DNA of 64,000 nt from Candidatus Eiseniibacteriota bacterium (lineage in GTDB: Bacteria > Eisenbacteria > RBG-16-71-46), in NCBI GenBank assembly GCA_963717505.1, contig OY970342.1, positions 1,184,001 to 1,248,000 of the forward strand, given 5' to 3'. The position numbers and the translations under genes were made by a program. The notes under the pieces were generated by a model. It had not been told where the DNA came from. It did no database searches and saw nothing but the letters and a program-made list of their open reading frames with translations. Of this stretch, positions 1-9,703 are shown one piece after another. How positions within the stretch are numbered: the first letter of the stretch is position 1; each line of letters opens with the position of its first letter.

Positions 1-2368
1 TTCCGAGTTCGCGCTCGCGGAACCCGGTGGCTTCGACCAGGGCGCGATGTTCCAGTCCCGCGCGATCCATTTGGACCTCCACGCGCTCGCCCTGCTCGGG
101 GGCAGGCTGGTCGTGCGCCGGCTGGTTCTCGACGGCCCCGCCCTGCACCTGCTGCTCCGCGCCGACGGCACGACCAACCTCGATGGAGTCGGGGCGCCGC
201 CCGAGGCCGCGGCGGCACCGGGCGCGGGTGGCGGCCCGCGCCTTCCGCTCGAGTTGGCGATCGAGGATTTCCGGATCGACAACGGCCGGGTGCTGGTCGA
301 CGACGTGCGTGCCGCGCGGCGAATCGCTTTCACCCTGGGAACCCGCACCGCACTCGGGCTCAAAGGATCGCGCGTGAACACGCACGGGCTCACCCAGATC
401 GACGACCTGGCATTCGGCCCGGCTTCAGCGGCACGCCTCGAGGATCTGAATCAATCGCTGGCGCCGCTCGAGTGGCAGATCGAACATCGCGGCGCGTACG
501 ACCTGGCGCAGAAGAAGCTGGCGCTCGAGACTCTCGGGCTCCGTTTCGGCAAGACGCGGCTCGCGGTGACCGGGGTCGTGGATCAATCCCGCCCCGAGAC
601 CCGGGTCGATCTTCGCGCGCGCGGCTCCGAAGTGTCGCTCGGGGACATTCTGTCGTTCCTGGCAGAGGCCGAGGCCGGTCCACTCGCCGGGCTCGACGGC
701 GACGGCACCCTCGCGTTCGATCTCGCGGTGCGCGGCGAGTTGGGTGCGCCCGCGCCGGGCGCGCCCGAGGCCGGGCTGCCCGACGTCACCGGCACGATCG
801 CGCTCGCGAACACCTGGGTGCAGCTCGCTGGGGCGCCGGCCAAGATCGAGAATCTTTCGCTGACCGCCACGTTGTCGCCCGATGCGCTGGCGATCGACGA
901 CCTGCAGGCTCGCGTCGCCGGCCAGCCGGTGCGCGGCACCCTCGCGGTCCAGCAGTTCGCGGATCCTCGGGTGACCTTCGCGATTCATGGCGACGTCGAC
1001 CTCGCCGCGGTGGCGCCGCTGGTCGTGGCCAAGGACACCCGACTCTCGGGTCGCGCGGCGCTCGACGTACGTGGGAACGGGCGGGCGAAGTCGCCGGAAA
1101 CCATGGCGCTCGAAGGGCATGCCCGGCTCGCGGACGTGCGCGTCGAACAGCCCGCGCTGGCGCGACCCATCGAGAAGATCTCGGGCGACATCGAGTTCTC
1201 GCAGACGCGCGCGCGGGTGACTGGATTGTCGGCGCACGCCGGACCATCATCGTTCAAGCTCGACGCCACCATCGATCGCCCGTTGTCGCTGACCACGAAG
1301 CCGGGCGATCCCAAGCCGCCGCCGCCGGCAGCCATCACGTTCTCGTTCGTATCGCCGAATCTCGACATGGCCGATTTCTCGAAAGGCGGCGGTGGCGGGC
1401 CGGTGCCGCTCAATGCGAATGGTCGCGGGCGGGTGGCGATCGGGAAGCTGAAGAGCGGACGCCTCGAGATGGAGCGCGTCACCGCAGATGTGGTACTCGA
1501 ACCCTGGGTGCTCGAAGCGCCGCGCTTCGGCGCTCGCATCTACGAGGGGCAGCTGTCGGGCGCGGCGCGCTTCGACGTCACCGATCCCGCCCACCCGCTC
1601 GTGACCCTGGACTCGAAGCTCGACAGCGCGCGCGTCGAGCGGCTGCTCGGCGCCTGGGTGCCGCCCGGCCAGTGGCTCCAGGGATCGATGAGCACCACGA
1701 TCGACGTCGCCGGCGATCTCTCCGACCTCCAGCGATCGATCACCGCCGCCGGCCTGGCGGCGGTGTGGAACGGATCGCTGTCGGACCTGCCGGTGCTCCA
1801 AGAACTGGGAGCTTTCACGAAGGTACCGTCCCTGTCCAAAGTCACGTTCAAGGATCTGCGCTCGAGCTTCCGAGTGGAGCGCGGCCGGGTCATGACCGGT
1901 CCGGCGCATCTTTCCAGCAACCGTGGCGATTGGGACGTATCGGGCTCGGTGGGGTTCGACGGTTCGCTCGACTACGTCGCGAGCATCACGCTGCCGCCGT
2001 CGGTGGCGCAGGACATCGGCGCCCGTGCAGCGCTTGCGGCCGGCGCGCTGGCCGACGACCAGGGACGCGTTCTGCTCGACCTGCGCATCCGCGGCACCAC
2101 CAAGCAGCCGAAGATCTCGTGGGACTCGAAGGCCACCGGCGAGCGGATGCGCGGCCGCCTGTCGAGCGCGCTCGAGGAACAGATGAACAAGCTCCGCAGC
2201 CAGTCTCGCGACACGGCGGCGGCGCTGGAGCGGACCGGCGGCGACAGCGCGCGGGCGATGGCCCGACTCCGGCAGAAGCAGCTCGAGGACAGCTTGCTGC
2301 AGCAGGCGGGCAAGCTGCTCGAAGGGTTCTTCGGCAAGGGCAAGGGGAAGCGCGACACGACGAAGTGA
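1..2368 (+). CDS. AsmA family protein (5'-partial; frame is open from the window edge)
   Basis: Frame of ORF 47..2368 has no stop back to nt 2. Repeating beta-rich segments and an AsmA-like C-terminus (GSVGFDGSLDY...LDLRIRGTTKQPKISWD). Confidence 0.8.
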   Translation, partial: SEFALAEPGGFDQGAMFQSRAIHLDLHALALLGGRLVVRRLVLDGPALHLLLRADGTTNLDGVGAPPEAAAAPGAGGGPRLPLELAIEDFRIDNGRVLVDDVRAARRIAFTLGTRTALGLKGSRVNTHGLTQIDDLAFGPASAARLEDLNQSLAPLEWQIEHRGAYDLAQKKLALETLGLRFGKTRLAVTGVVDQSRPETRVDLRARGSEVSLGDILSFLAEAEAGPLAGLDGDGTLAFDLAVRGELGAPAPGAPEAGLPDVTGTIALANTWVQLAGAPAKIENLSLTATLSPDALAIDDLQARVAGQPVRGTLAVQQFADPRVTFAIHGDVDLAAVAPLVVAKDTRLSGRAALDVRGNGRAKSPETMALEGHARLADVRVEQPALARPIEKISGDIEFSQTRARVTGLSAHAGPSSFKLDATIDRPLSLTTKPGDPKPPPPAAITFSFVSPNLDMADFSKGGGGGPVPLNANGRGRVAIGKLKSGRLEMERVTADVVLEPWVLEAPRFGARIYEGQLSGAARFDVTDPAHPLVTLDSKLDSARVERLLGAWVPPGQWLQGSMSTTIDVAGDLSDLQRSITAAGLAAVWNGSLSDLPVLQELGAFTKVPSLSKVTFKDLRSSFRVERGRVMTGPAHLSSNRGDWDVSGSVGFDGSLDYVASITLPPSVAQDIGARAALAAGALADDQGRVLLDLRIRGTTKQPKISWDSKATGERMRGRLSSALEEQMNKLRSQSRDTAAALERTGGDSARAMARLRQKQLEDSLLQQAGKLLEGFFGKGKGKRDTTK

Positions 2369-2387
2369 CGCTTCGGCGAATTCGTCG

Positions 2388-4448
2388 TCACGACCCTCGG
2401 GTCGAATCGCGATCCGCCGAGGAAGTTCGCGCCAACAGGTCCGCGTGCTCGCAGTCCTCGATCCAGAAACGGACCAGTTCTGCGGCCGCGAGCGGCGACA
2501 TGCCATGGGTCCAATCGGCGAGCGGTTGCTCATCCGCGCGCCAGGTCGACGGAATCCCGCCCACGCCCTCGCCGGCCATCCAATCGGTGAGCGCCACCAG
2601 TCGATCGCGCGTCGTCGCCAGGGATTCGGCGCTGCGCGCCGACGAGCGGACCACCGCCGACAACCAAGGACCCAGCCACGAGCTCGCGGCGCTCTCGTCG
2701 TCGGGGGTGGACCGCAGGCCGAACGGAGTCGCGAGCTTGCTCTCCAGCGACTCGACCACCCGGGTCGCACGATCGGCTGGCAGCAGCGCGGGACTGAGCG
2801 CCACCGTCCACACGTGTTCCGGCCCGAGCCCACGGACCGGTTGATCGTCACGCAGCCGGTCGTACAGTCGGCCGCGCTTGGCGTCCCAGAACAACTCGAG
2901 AAACCGCTTCTGGTGATCCTGAGCCCAGGCCAGATAGAACGCGGCGATCTCGCGGCGCCCCGCGGCGCGCGCCAGTCCGGCCATGGCGATATAGGCCTGT
3001 GACCACAGCGCGTTCAGGCCGGCACGCTTGACCGGGTGCGGCACGCCTTCGTCGTCGGCTTCGTGCGTGACCAGCATGCCGTCTTCGTCGACGCGGATGC
3101 CGCCCGGCGCTCCGGAACGGTAGTAGCGCATGACTTCTTCGAGCGCCGGATAGAGCGTGTTCTTCGCGAAGTCGGTGTCGCCGCTGCGCCGTGCGCAGCG
3201 CTCGCCGGCGATCACCAGCCAGAGCGATGGCTCGGCGTCGCCATAGACCGGCGTGCCGTCGGACTCGAAGCGCTCGGGCGCCAGCCCCTCGTTCAAGTAC
3301 TCGATGTACCCGCGCAGAATTTCGCGCGCGGGATCGAACGCCCGCACCGCGATCAGGCCGGTCACGGCGCGCAGGGCCTCGCTGCCGCGCTCGATCACGG
3401 GGGGCAGCGTGCTGGCGAATCCGAGGCGATGCTCGCGCCGCCAGAGTCCGGCATCGAGTGCGCGCGACAGGATTCGCGTGACTTCGGGGACCGGGGCGAC
3501 GTCGGCGTCGCGCTTGCGCGCCCGGGCCGCCTCGGTGGCAGTCGCGCGCGCGCCGTGGTCGGCGGCGCGGCCCCACAACTCGAGCCGGTCGCGTTCGTCG
3601 CGCCCGAGTGCTTCCACGCACTCGTCCAGGGTTCGGGGCGGCACGGCGCCGAGTCGCGCCTCCTGGGCCAGTGTGCGGAACAGCGCGTCCTCGGTGGCAG
3701 CCACCAGGTGTAGGGATTGGTTGGCGCTGACCGTGCCTTCGATGTGGCCCGGCAGGAACGCCCGCTCGAAGGCGCCGTCGGCGTAGCGCACGCGCGTCCA
3801 CGCGCGCGCGGGCATGAACGCGCCGTTGTGCCACAACGTCAACGCGGGACGCTCGGCCGAGATCCGAATGCGGACGCGACCGGGAATCCCCTGGACCTGG
3901 GGCCCGTCCTCCGGCGCGAGGGTCTCAGCCGCGTCGTCGGACTCTGCGGCGTCACTCCCCCAACCGTCGGTGCCGTCGCTCGGCGACTGAAGAAACGCGA
4001 GGGGCCGCGATACCACGACCGGACCGGCGTGGAATCGGAGCGGGGGACCTTCCAGGAGCCGATAGGTGACGACCACGGCCTGGTGTTCGTACACCAGCAT
4101 CAGGGACTTCTCGACCAGGGCCGACTCGAGCCGGTAACGCCACGTCGGCCAGGGGTCGACGGTGAACGATTCGAGCAGACGATGCCCCGCCGGGCGCGCC
4201 ATACCGTTCGCTTGGACCAGGCAGCCCAGCTCGAAACTGCCCTCGGGCCCGGCGGCGCGCTCATCGATCCGGAGAAGAGCCGCCGTCAGGGTACCTGTGG
4301 GGTCGGGGGCCGAGAGGTGGGAATGAACCGAGCGCAGGTTGGCTCCCGGCGCGGTTCCCGAGGCAATTCCGCCAACCCCGTTGGCCAGCCACCATTCGCA
4401 GGCGATGGCCCGCGGGAGCCGGCTCAGGACGTCCTGTCCGAGGCCCAT
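2388..4448 (-). CDS. Glycogen debranching enzyme / amylo-alpha-1,6-glucosidase homolog (GDE_N + GDE_C), catalytic motifs degenerate
   Basis: N-terminal EWWLANGVGGIASGT resembles GDE_N EWLxTNGLGGYAS. C-terminal GLAPERF, PSLW, NALW, TPFGLRS and SWLGPW segments. Confidence 0.75.
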   Translation of the reverse strand: MGLGQDVLSRLPRAIACEWWLANGVGGIASGTAPGANLRSVHSHLSAPDPTGTLTAALLRIDERAAGPEGSFELGCLVQANGMARPAGHRLLESFTVDPWPTWRYRLESALVEKSLMLVYEHQAVVVTYRLLEGPPLRFHAGPVVVSRPLAFLQSPSDGTDGWGSDAAESDDAAETLAPEDGPQVQGIPGRVRIRISAERPALTLWHNGAFMPARAWTRVRYADGAFERAFLPGHIEGTVSANQSLHLVAATEDALFRTLAQEARLGAVPPRTLDECVEALGRDERDRLELWGRAADHGARATATEAARARKRDADVAPVPEVTRILSRALDAGLWRREHRLGFASTLPPVIERGSEALRAVTGLIAVRAFDPAREILRGYIEYLNEGLAPERFESDGTPVYGDAEPSLWLVIAGERCARRSGDTDFAKNTLYPALEEVMRYYRSGAPGGIRVDEDGMLVTHEADDEGVPHPVKRAGLNALWSQAYIAMAGLARAAGRREIAAFYLAWAQDHQKRFLELFWDAKRGRLYDRLRDDQPVRGLGPEHVWTVALSPALLPADRATRVVESLESKLATPFGLRSTPDDESAASSWLGPWLSAVVRSSARSAESLATTRDRLVALTDWMAGEGVGGIPSTWRADEQPLADWTHGMSPLAAAELVRFWIEDCEHADLLARTSSADRDSTRGS

Positions 4449-4638
4449 GACCCGGCAAGGGTACTACAGGCCCGGCGGCGGGCTGGTGGGGATGCCCCGA
4501 GGGGTCACCCGAGGGCCGGCCGGCGACGGACCCAACGGAGAGCTTCCGCCGGAAGCCCCATAGACTCCCGCGCCCCGGAGTCCTAAGCTTGTTTCTGGCC
4601 GCAAGCTGCGGCTCCTCAACTCCCCCAGGAGACGCCCT

Positions 4639-5229
4639 ATGGTCAAGAAGATCCTGCTCACTGTTCTCGGTCTCGTCGCAATCTGCGTCGTCGCAATACT
4701 GGCCATCGCCGCCACCAAGCCGAGCACATTCCAAGTTGAGCGTTCGGCCTCGATCCCGGCATCGCAGCCCGTGGTGTTTGCTCTGGTGAACGATTTTCAC
4801 CGATTCCAAGAATGGTCTCCGTGGGAAAAACTGGATCCCAACATGACCAAGGAGATCAGCGGACCGGAAGCCGGCGTTGGCGCGATCTACTATTGGAAGG
4901 GCAACCAGGACGCGGGGGAAGGCCGCATGACGATCACCGAGAGCGTGCCCGACTCGAAGGTCGCGATGTCGCTCGAATTCATCGCGCCCATCCCGGCTAC
5001 GAACCAAGTGGAGTTCAGCTTCGAACCGGCGGCAGAAGGCACCCACGTGCGCTGGACGTTGAACGGGCATTGCCCGTACTCGATGAAGATCATGACGGTG
5101 TTCATGAACATGGACGCCATGATCGGCAAGGACTTCGAAGAGGGGCTCGCCAGCCTGAGCCGAGTGGCCCAGGCGGCACCGCCGATGCCCCCTGACACCA
5201 CCAGCACGGAGGCAAGAACAAGTTCCTAG
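4639..5229 (+). CDS. SRPBCC (polyketide cyclase/START-like) family protein with N-terminal membrane anchor
   Basis: VERSASI, DFHRFQEWSPW, GVGAIYYWKGN, IGKDFEEGLASL; AGGAG RBS upstream. Confidence 0.85.
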   Translation: MVKKILLTVLGLVAICVVAILAIAATKPSTFQVERSASIPASQPVVFALVNDFHRFQEWSPWEKLDPNMTKEISGPEAGVGAIYYWKGNQDAGEGRMTITESVPDSKVAMSLEFIAPIPATNQVEFSFEPAAEGTHVRWTLNGHCPYSMKIMTVFMNMDAMIGKDFEEGLASLSRVAQAAPPMPPDTTSTEARTSS

Positions 5230-5270
5230 CTACCCACCCCCTCAACGTCCCGCAAGATTCGGAGGTCGTC

Positions 5271-5819
5271 GTGAGTTTCAAACGGTTACTAGCTGCAGTC
5301 GTCGTCGCCCTGTGTATCGCTCCCGCCGCCGCGCATGCCGCAGAGGTCGACGCCTCGCTCGCCAAACTCCTCAAGATCGCCGGACAAGCTGAATATCCCC
5401 CGGAATGGACGGGGATCTGGGAGTCGGCGGATACTCTCTACGATTGCGAAGGCAACTTGATCTTTGGCTTGGCCGCCAGCATGGACACGGTGTGTGCCGG
5501 CGATCCGATCGAGCCACCGGACGAGACCGTCCAATTCGATTGCACGGGCGATACCACCCCCCCGGACATCGACGTCACCTGCACCGGCACTGACATCGAC
5601 GGGAACTGCACGACAAACTTCACGTTCCGTATCGAGGAGACTCTGGTAGGGAACGTGCGGACGTATGTCTACACGATCAACACGAGCTCCTCCGCGGGCT
5701 GCACGAAGCCTGGGGATTTTTGCTTCGTTCTCCGCGGGACGAAAACCCGAATCTCGTCGAACTGCACGACCGCGACCGATAAGGCGTCGTGGGGGCAGGT
5801 GAAGACGCGCTATCGCTAG
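5271..5819 (+). CDS. Secreted Cys-containing hypothetical protein with C-terminal SWGQVKTRYR tail
   Basis: GGAGG RBS before GTG; signal peptide ending AHA; 8 Cys in the mature part; tail ATDKASWGQVKTRYR. Confidence 0.7.
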   Translation: MSFKRLLAAVVVALCIAPAAAHAAEVDASLAKLLKIAGQAEYPPEWTGIWESADTLYDCEGNLIFGLAASMDTVCAGDPIEPPDETVQFDCTGDTTPPDIDVTCTGTDIDGNCTTNFTFRIEETLVGNVRTYVYTINTSSSAGCTKPGDFCFVLRGTKTRISSNCTTATDKASWGQVKTRYR

Positions 5820-5834
5820 GCGGAGAATGCGGAA

Positions 5835-6998
5835 CTAGACCGCCTGCGGGCGCAGCAACGCCGACAGGGGCACGATGCTCACGCCCTTGAGGCGTTTGAC
5901 CGCGAGCGCCTGCGTCAACCATTCGCGCGACTGCGGGGTGGCGCGTAGCAGCACGATCGCGCTGCCCCGCGCGCGTGCGCCCTCGAGCACCATTTGCCAG
6001 CGGCGGTCCAGGGCGGCGCGTCCCTGCGAAAGCGCCTCGCGATCGATCACGTCGTGAGGTTCGTCGTAGACCACGCCGATCTCCGCCGCGAGCGACTTGC
6101 ACACCGAGCCTGCGACCGGCGTCATGTGCAGGAACGGGACCTTCTGACGCCGCAGCTCTCGATAGACGGCCGACATCACCGCCATGTCCTGGGTGGCGAG
6201 CGAGCCCATCTGGTTCGACACCGCGGCGACGGAACCGGCCTGTCCGAGGTACTTGCGCACGGTGTTGGTGATCTCGGCCGGCTTCATGGTCACGAGGATG
6301 GTGCCCGGGCCGGGATTGACCTGCGGGTAGTTGATCGGTTCGAGCGGCAAATGGAGAACGACCTCGCGTCCGGCGTCGCGCGCGCCGCGAAACCAACCGG
6401 CGCTCGCGGGGCGCGCGGGGGCCAACGCGACCGCGAAGGGCTGCGGGAGCGACAGGAACGATCGCGCGAGCTCGGCATCGTCGCCGAAGCCGTAGACCAC
6501 GACCGCCACGCGCACGTCGCTCGAGGCCTGGCCGTCGGGATCCCGGCCGCGGCGCACGACCAGCTCGTGAGTCGCGAGTCCGCCCATCTCGGCGAGCAGA
6601 ACGACCTCGAACTCGCCGTCGCGCGCGTACCGCTCGCGCCCCCGCACTTCGACGCCCGACTCGCCGAGGCGGCTCGTGAGCGCGTGGTTGAGCTGCAGGA
6701 ACGAGGCGCCGTTGCCGAGGCCGACGCGCCAGCGGACGCGCGCCTCGCCGCCCTCGGCCGGGACCTCGCGGATACTGTCGGGCTGGACCCCGCTCGCCTG
6801 CAGGGCCTCGCGCAGCTGCCCGGCCACGAGCCGGGTGACCTCGGCCTCGCTCCCCCAGGGGGAGTAGCGCGCCCAGGTCAGGCTGCCCCGGTCCCCCCTG
6901 AGCAAAAGCCAGGCCTCACCGGCCAGGAAGATGGCGGCGGCCAGAACGGCAACGAACACAATGCCTGAGAGGGCGCTCCTGGGCTTTTTCTTCGGCAT
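5835..6998 (-). CDS. Divergent polysaccharide deacetylase family protein (YibQ/DUF610) with N-terminal TM and extra domain
   Basis: VAVVVYGFG, EVVLHLPLEP, PGPGTI, SNQMGSLAT motifs; start placed at ATG 6998 (MPKKKPRS followed by a TM helix). Confidence 0.8.
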   Translation of the reverse strand: MPKKKPRSALSGIVFVAVLAAAIFLAGEAWLLLRGDRGSLTWARYSPWGSEAEVTRLVAGQLREALQASGVQPDSIREVPAEGGEARVRWRVGLGNGASFLQLNHALTSRLGESGVEVRGRERYARDGEFEVVLLAEMGGLATHELVVRRGRDPDGQASSDVRVAVVVYGFGDDAELARSFLSLPQPFAVALAPARPASAGWFRGARDAGREVVLHLPLEPINYPQVNPGPGTILVTMKPAEITNTVRKYLGQAGSVAAVSNQMGSLATQDMAVMSAVYRELRRQKVPFLHMTPVAGSVCKSLAAEIGVVYDEPHDVIDREALSQGRAALDRRWQMVLEGARARGSAIVLLRATPQSREWLTQALAVKRLKGVSIVPLSALLRPQAV

Positions 6999-7183
6999 AG
7001 TGGGCGGCGGGCACGTTAAGGCCGGCGCATGATCCGCGCAACGTTTTTGCACTTCAGTGACACGGGAATAGGGGGTGGGTGACAGGCTTCTTGGGCTCAC
7101 GGCCGATACCAGATGTGAGGCGCGGCTCCCCCCCGCGATGACTCGTCCACCCGATGTGCAGCAGCAACTCTGGGAGGTGCCAG

Positions 7184-8029
7184 GTGAATCGCAGGCTACG
7201 CCCCTTGGTCTTCGGTTCGGTCACGGTCGCGCTGTGTTCGACAACCCTCGCGTTCGCATGTGACAAGAACCAATCGGCCGCAACGACCACTGCAGCCAAG
7301 ACGACGACCACCAAGTCCACGACGGCGAAGGGCGCAAACGCGACGTTTGCCGTAGCCGGCGTTCAGAGTTCCTGCTCCTACAAGGCCAGTGCGGCCGGCG
7401 TGACGACGGCGAGTGCCTCCGGTTCCTGTGCCGCCAAGAACACAGCGGTCGCCGCGAGCGCGGGCAAGAGCTGCTGTGCTGCCAAGGGCGCCAAAGCGAA
7501 CACCACGACCGCGGCCAAGGCCACCACGACCCAGGGCGAAGCCAGTTGCCACTCCGAAGACGCCAGTGCGGCCGGCTTCGATGCCGTCCTCACCGGCGGC
7601 GGACAGTGCAACGGCAAGGGCGTGACCACCATGGCCGGCCGGACGAGCCACGGCGAGTGCGATGCCTGCTCGGACATGGCGATGTGCGAGGACGAGCTCA
7701 AGACGGCGGGCTCGCAGTTCCAGGTGGTGCCGCTCAAGAACGGCGTCATGTACGTCTACACGGCCAACAACTCCAAGAGCGTGCACGCGGTGCAGACGGC
7801 GATCGCGCGCCGCTCCGAGCGGATCAACGCGCTGGTGTCGGCGACCAAGGCGAATCTGTGCCCCGACTGCAAGGCCATGCGCGGGGCGCTGGCGAGCGGC
7901 AAGCTCACCCGTGAGGTCGTGAATGTCGAAGGCGGCTCGATCAGCCTGGTCACGTCGAACGACCCGGCGATCGTCGCGAAGCTGTATGCCATGGCGGGGC
8001 TCGAGAACACGAAGGCAGTCAAGAGCTGA
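7184..8029 (+). CDS. Exported Ala/Thr/Cys-rich hypothetical protein
   Basis: GGAGGT RBS before GTG 7184; signal peptide ending LAFAC; low-complexity linker; CDACSDMAMC and CPDC clusters. Confidence 0.7.
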   Translation: MNRRLRPLVFGSVTVALCSTTLAFACDKNQSAATTTAAKTTTTKSTTAKGANATFAVAGVQSSCSYKASAAGVTTASASGSCAAKNTAVAASAGKSCCAAKGAKANTTTAAKATTTQGEASCHSEDASAAGFDAVLTGGGQCNGKGVTTMAGRTSHGECDACSDMAMCEDELKTAGSQFQVVPLKNGVMYVYTANNSKSVHAVQTAIARRSERINALVSATKANLCPDCKAMRGALASGKLTREVVNVEGGSISLVTSNDPAIVAKLYAMAGLENTKAVKS

Positions 8030-8052
8030 TCGCGGTCCAATCCCACGCGCGG

Positions 8053-8081
8053 AGGCCGGTCCGGAAACGGGCCGGCCTTTT
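8053..8081 (+). terminator. Intrinsic terminator
   Basis: AGGCCGGTCCG-GAAA-CGGGCCGGCCT stem-loop followed by TTT, 23 nt after the stop at 8029. Confidence 0.75.
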
Positions 8082-8100
8082 GCGTTAGGCTCTTTCGGTC

Positions 8101-9660
8101 ATGGCGCTCTCTCCATTCCGTCGTCGCGGGCTGGTGATCCTCACGTTGGCGGTCACCGTGCCCGCCCTGGTGTTGGCCGCGATCGCCGTCGGCCTGACGC
8201 TGCGCATCTCGCGTGCCGTCGAAGACGAAAGCGTGCGGTTCAACACCTACCTGGCCCAGCTCGTGGCCGAGGCCTTCGAGCAGGAGCTGATGGATCACCT
8301 GCGTCACGGGGTACAGGCGGCGGAAAACGTCGCGCGCAACGGGGGCGACGTACCGCAGATCCTGGCCGCGCTGGGCGGCGAAGCCTCCGAGTTTCGCGGC
8401 GCGCATTTCGTCGGACTCGAGGACCTGAACGGCTACTCGCTGCTGATCATCGAATCCCAGCCGCTGCTCTATTCCGTGGGCGACGGGTCGCACGCGGGCG
8501 AGCAATTCGCCGGGGTCCTGATGCGCGACCCCGAGGGCCAGGTGATGGGCGCCGGCGGCTGGTGGATCAGCTCGCGCGAGTTCCTCACCGGGCATCTCGA
8601 GCGCGTGGTGCAGGACCGCCTGCCCTCGAATCCGCGCATGTACGGTGGTTTCGAATCGACGCGCCGCCTGAGCGTTCAGCTGTTCGATCCCGCCGGCCTC
8701 GAAATCGGCCGCGTGCGCACGCCGGAGTACGGGCGCACCGCGCGCATCGAAGCGCTGCAGGGGCCGTTCGACGGCTACTCGGTGCGGGTCGCGGCGACCG
8801 CCATCTCGACCGTGGTCTGGGCCGGGCGATTCGTCACGCTCCAGGTCGCGTTCATCGTTCTGATGGCGCTCGCGGTCGTGGTCGCCGCGGTGTTCGGGCT
8901 GCGCTATACGATTCGGCAGCTCGAGCTGGCGCAGCTCAAGGCAGGCTTCGTTTCCAACGTGACCCACGAGCTCAAGACCCCGATCGCGACCATCCGGCTG
9001 GCCGTCGAGACGCTCGAGCTCAAGCGGGTCCGCAATCCCGAGGAGGCCGAAAAGTTCCTGCAGATGATCAGCCGCGAGACCATTCGGCTGAGCCATCTGG
9101 TCGAGAACATCCTCGACTTCGCGCGCCTCGAGGCCGGACAGCGGGTGTTCCGCATGGAGCCGATCACCGTGTCGCAGATCGTCGAGGAGGCGCTCGAGAC
9201 GTTCCGGCCGCGGCTCGAGCACCTGGGGTTCACGCTCGAAGAGCAGGTTCCGGACGGGCTGCCGCGGGTCAACGTCGACGGCGTCGCAATCACCCACTGC
9301 GTGCTCAACCTGCTCGACAACGCGGTCAAGTATTCCAAGGAGCGGAAGCACATCCGGGTGGCCGCCGGCGCCAAGGGCGACGATGTGTGGATCGCGGTGA
9401 CCGATCAGGGCATCGGGATCGCGCCCGGCGACCGGGATCGAGTGTTCGAGAAGTTCGTGCGTCTGGAGACCGGCCTGGTCCACGACGTCAAAGGCTCAGG
9501 CCTCGGTCTGTCGCTGGTCGCGCAGATCCTGGCGGCGCATGGCGGGCGGGTCGAGGTCGAGAGCGAACCCGGCCGCGGCAGCACGTTCACCCTGCATTTG
9601 CCGGCCGCTGGCGGTATGGTATCGGAACCCGAGGAACCCGGGCGGAGAACGGCGTCCTGA
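8101..9660 (+). CDS. Membrane sensor histidine kinase (HisKA + HATPase)
   Basis: Two TM segments; H-box SNVTHELKTP; N-box NLLDNAVKY; DQGIGI; GSGLGL. Confidence 0.93.
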   Translation: MALSPFRRRGLVILTLAVTVPALVLAAIAVGLTLRISRAVEDESVRFNTYLAQLVAEAFEQELMDHLRHGVQAAENVARNGGDVPQILAALGGEASEFRGAHFVGLEDLNGYSLLIIESQPLLYSVGDGSHAGEQFAGVLMRDPEGQVMGAGGWWISSREFLTGHLERVVQDRLPSNPRMYGGFESTRRLSVQLFDPAGLEIGRVRTPEYGRTARIEALQGPFDGYSVRVAATAISTVVWAGRFVTLQVAFIVLMALAVVVAAVFGLRYTIRQLELAQLKAGFVSNVTHELKTPIATIRLAVETLELKRVRNPEEAEKFLQMISRETIRLSHLVENILDFARLEAGQRVFRMEPITVSQIVEEALETFRPRLEHLGFTLEEQVPDGLPRVNVDGVAITHCVLNLLDNAVKYSKERKHIRVAAGAKGDDVWIAVTDQGIGIAPGDRDRVFEKFVRLETGLVHDVKGSGLGLSLVAQILAAHGGRVEVESEPGRGSTFTLHLPAAGGMVSEPEEPGRRTAS

Positions 9661-9703
9661 ATCGGCCGCGCCGCCTGCCCGTCGAAACCCGAAAGGAAAC
9701 CCC

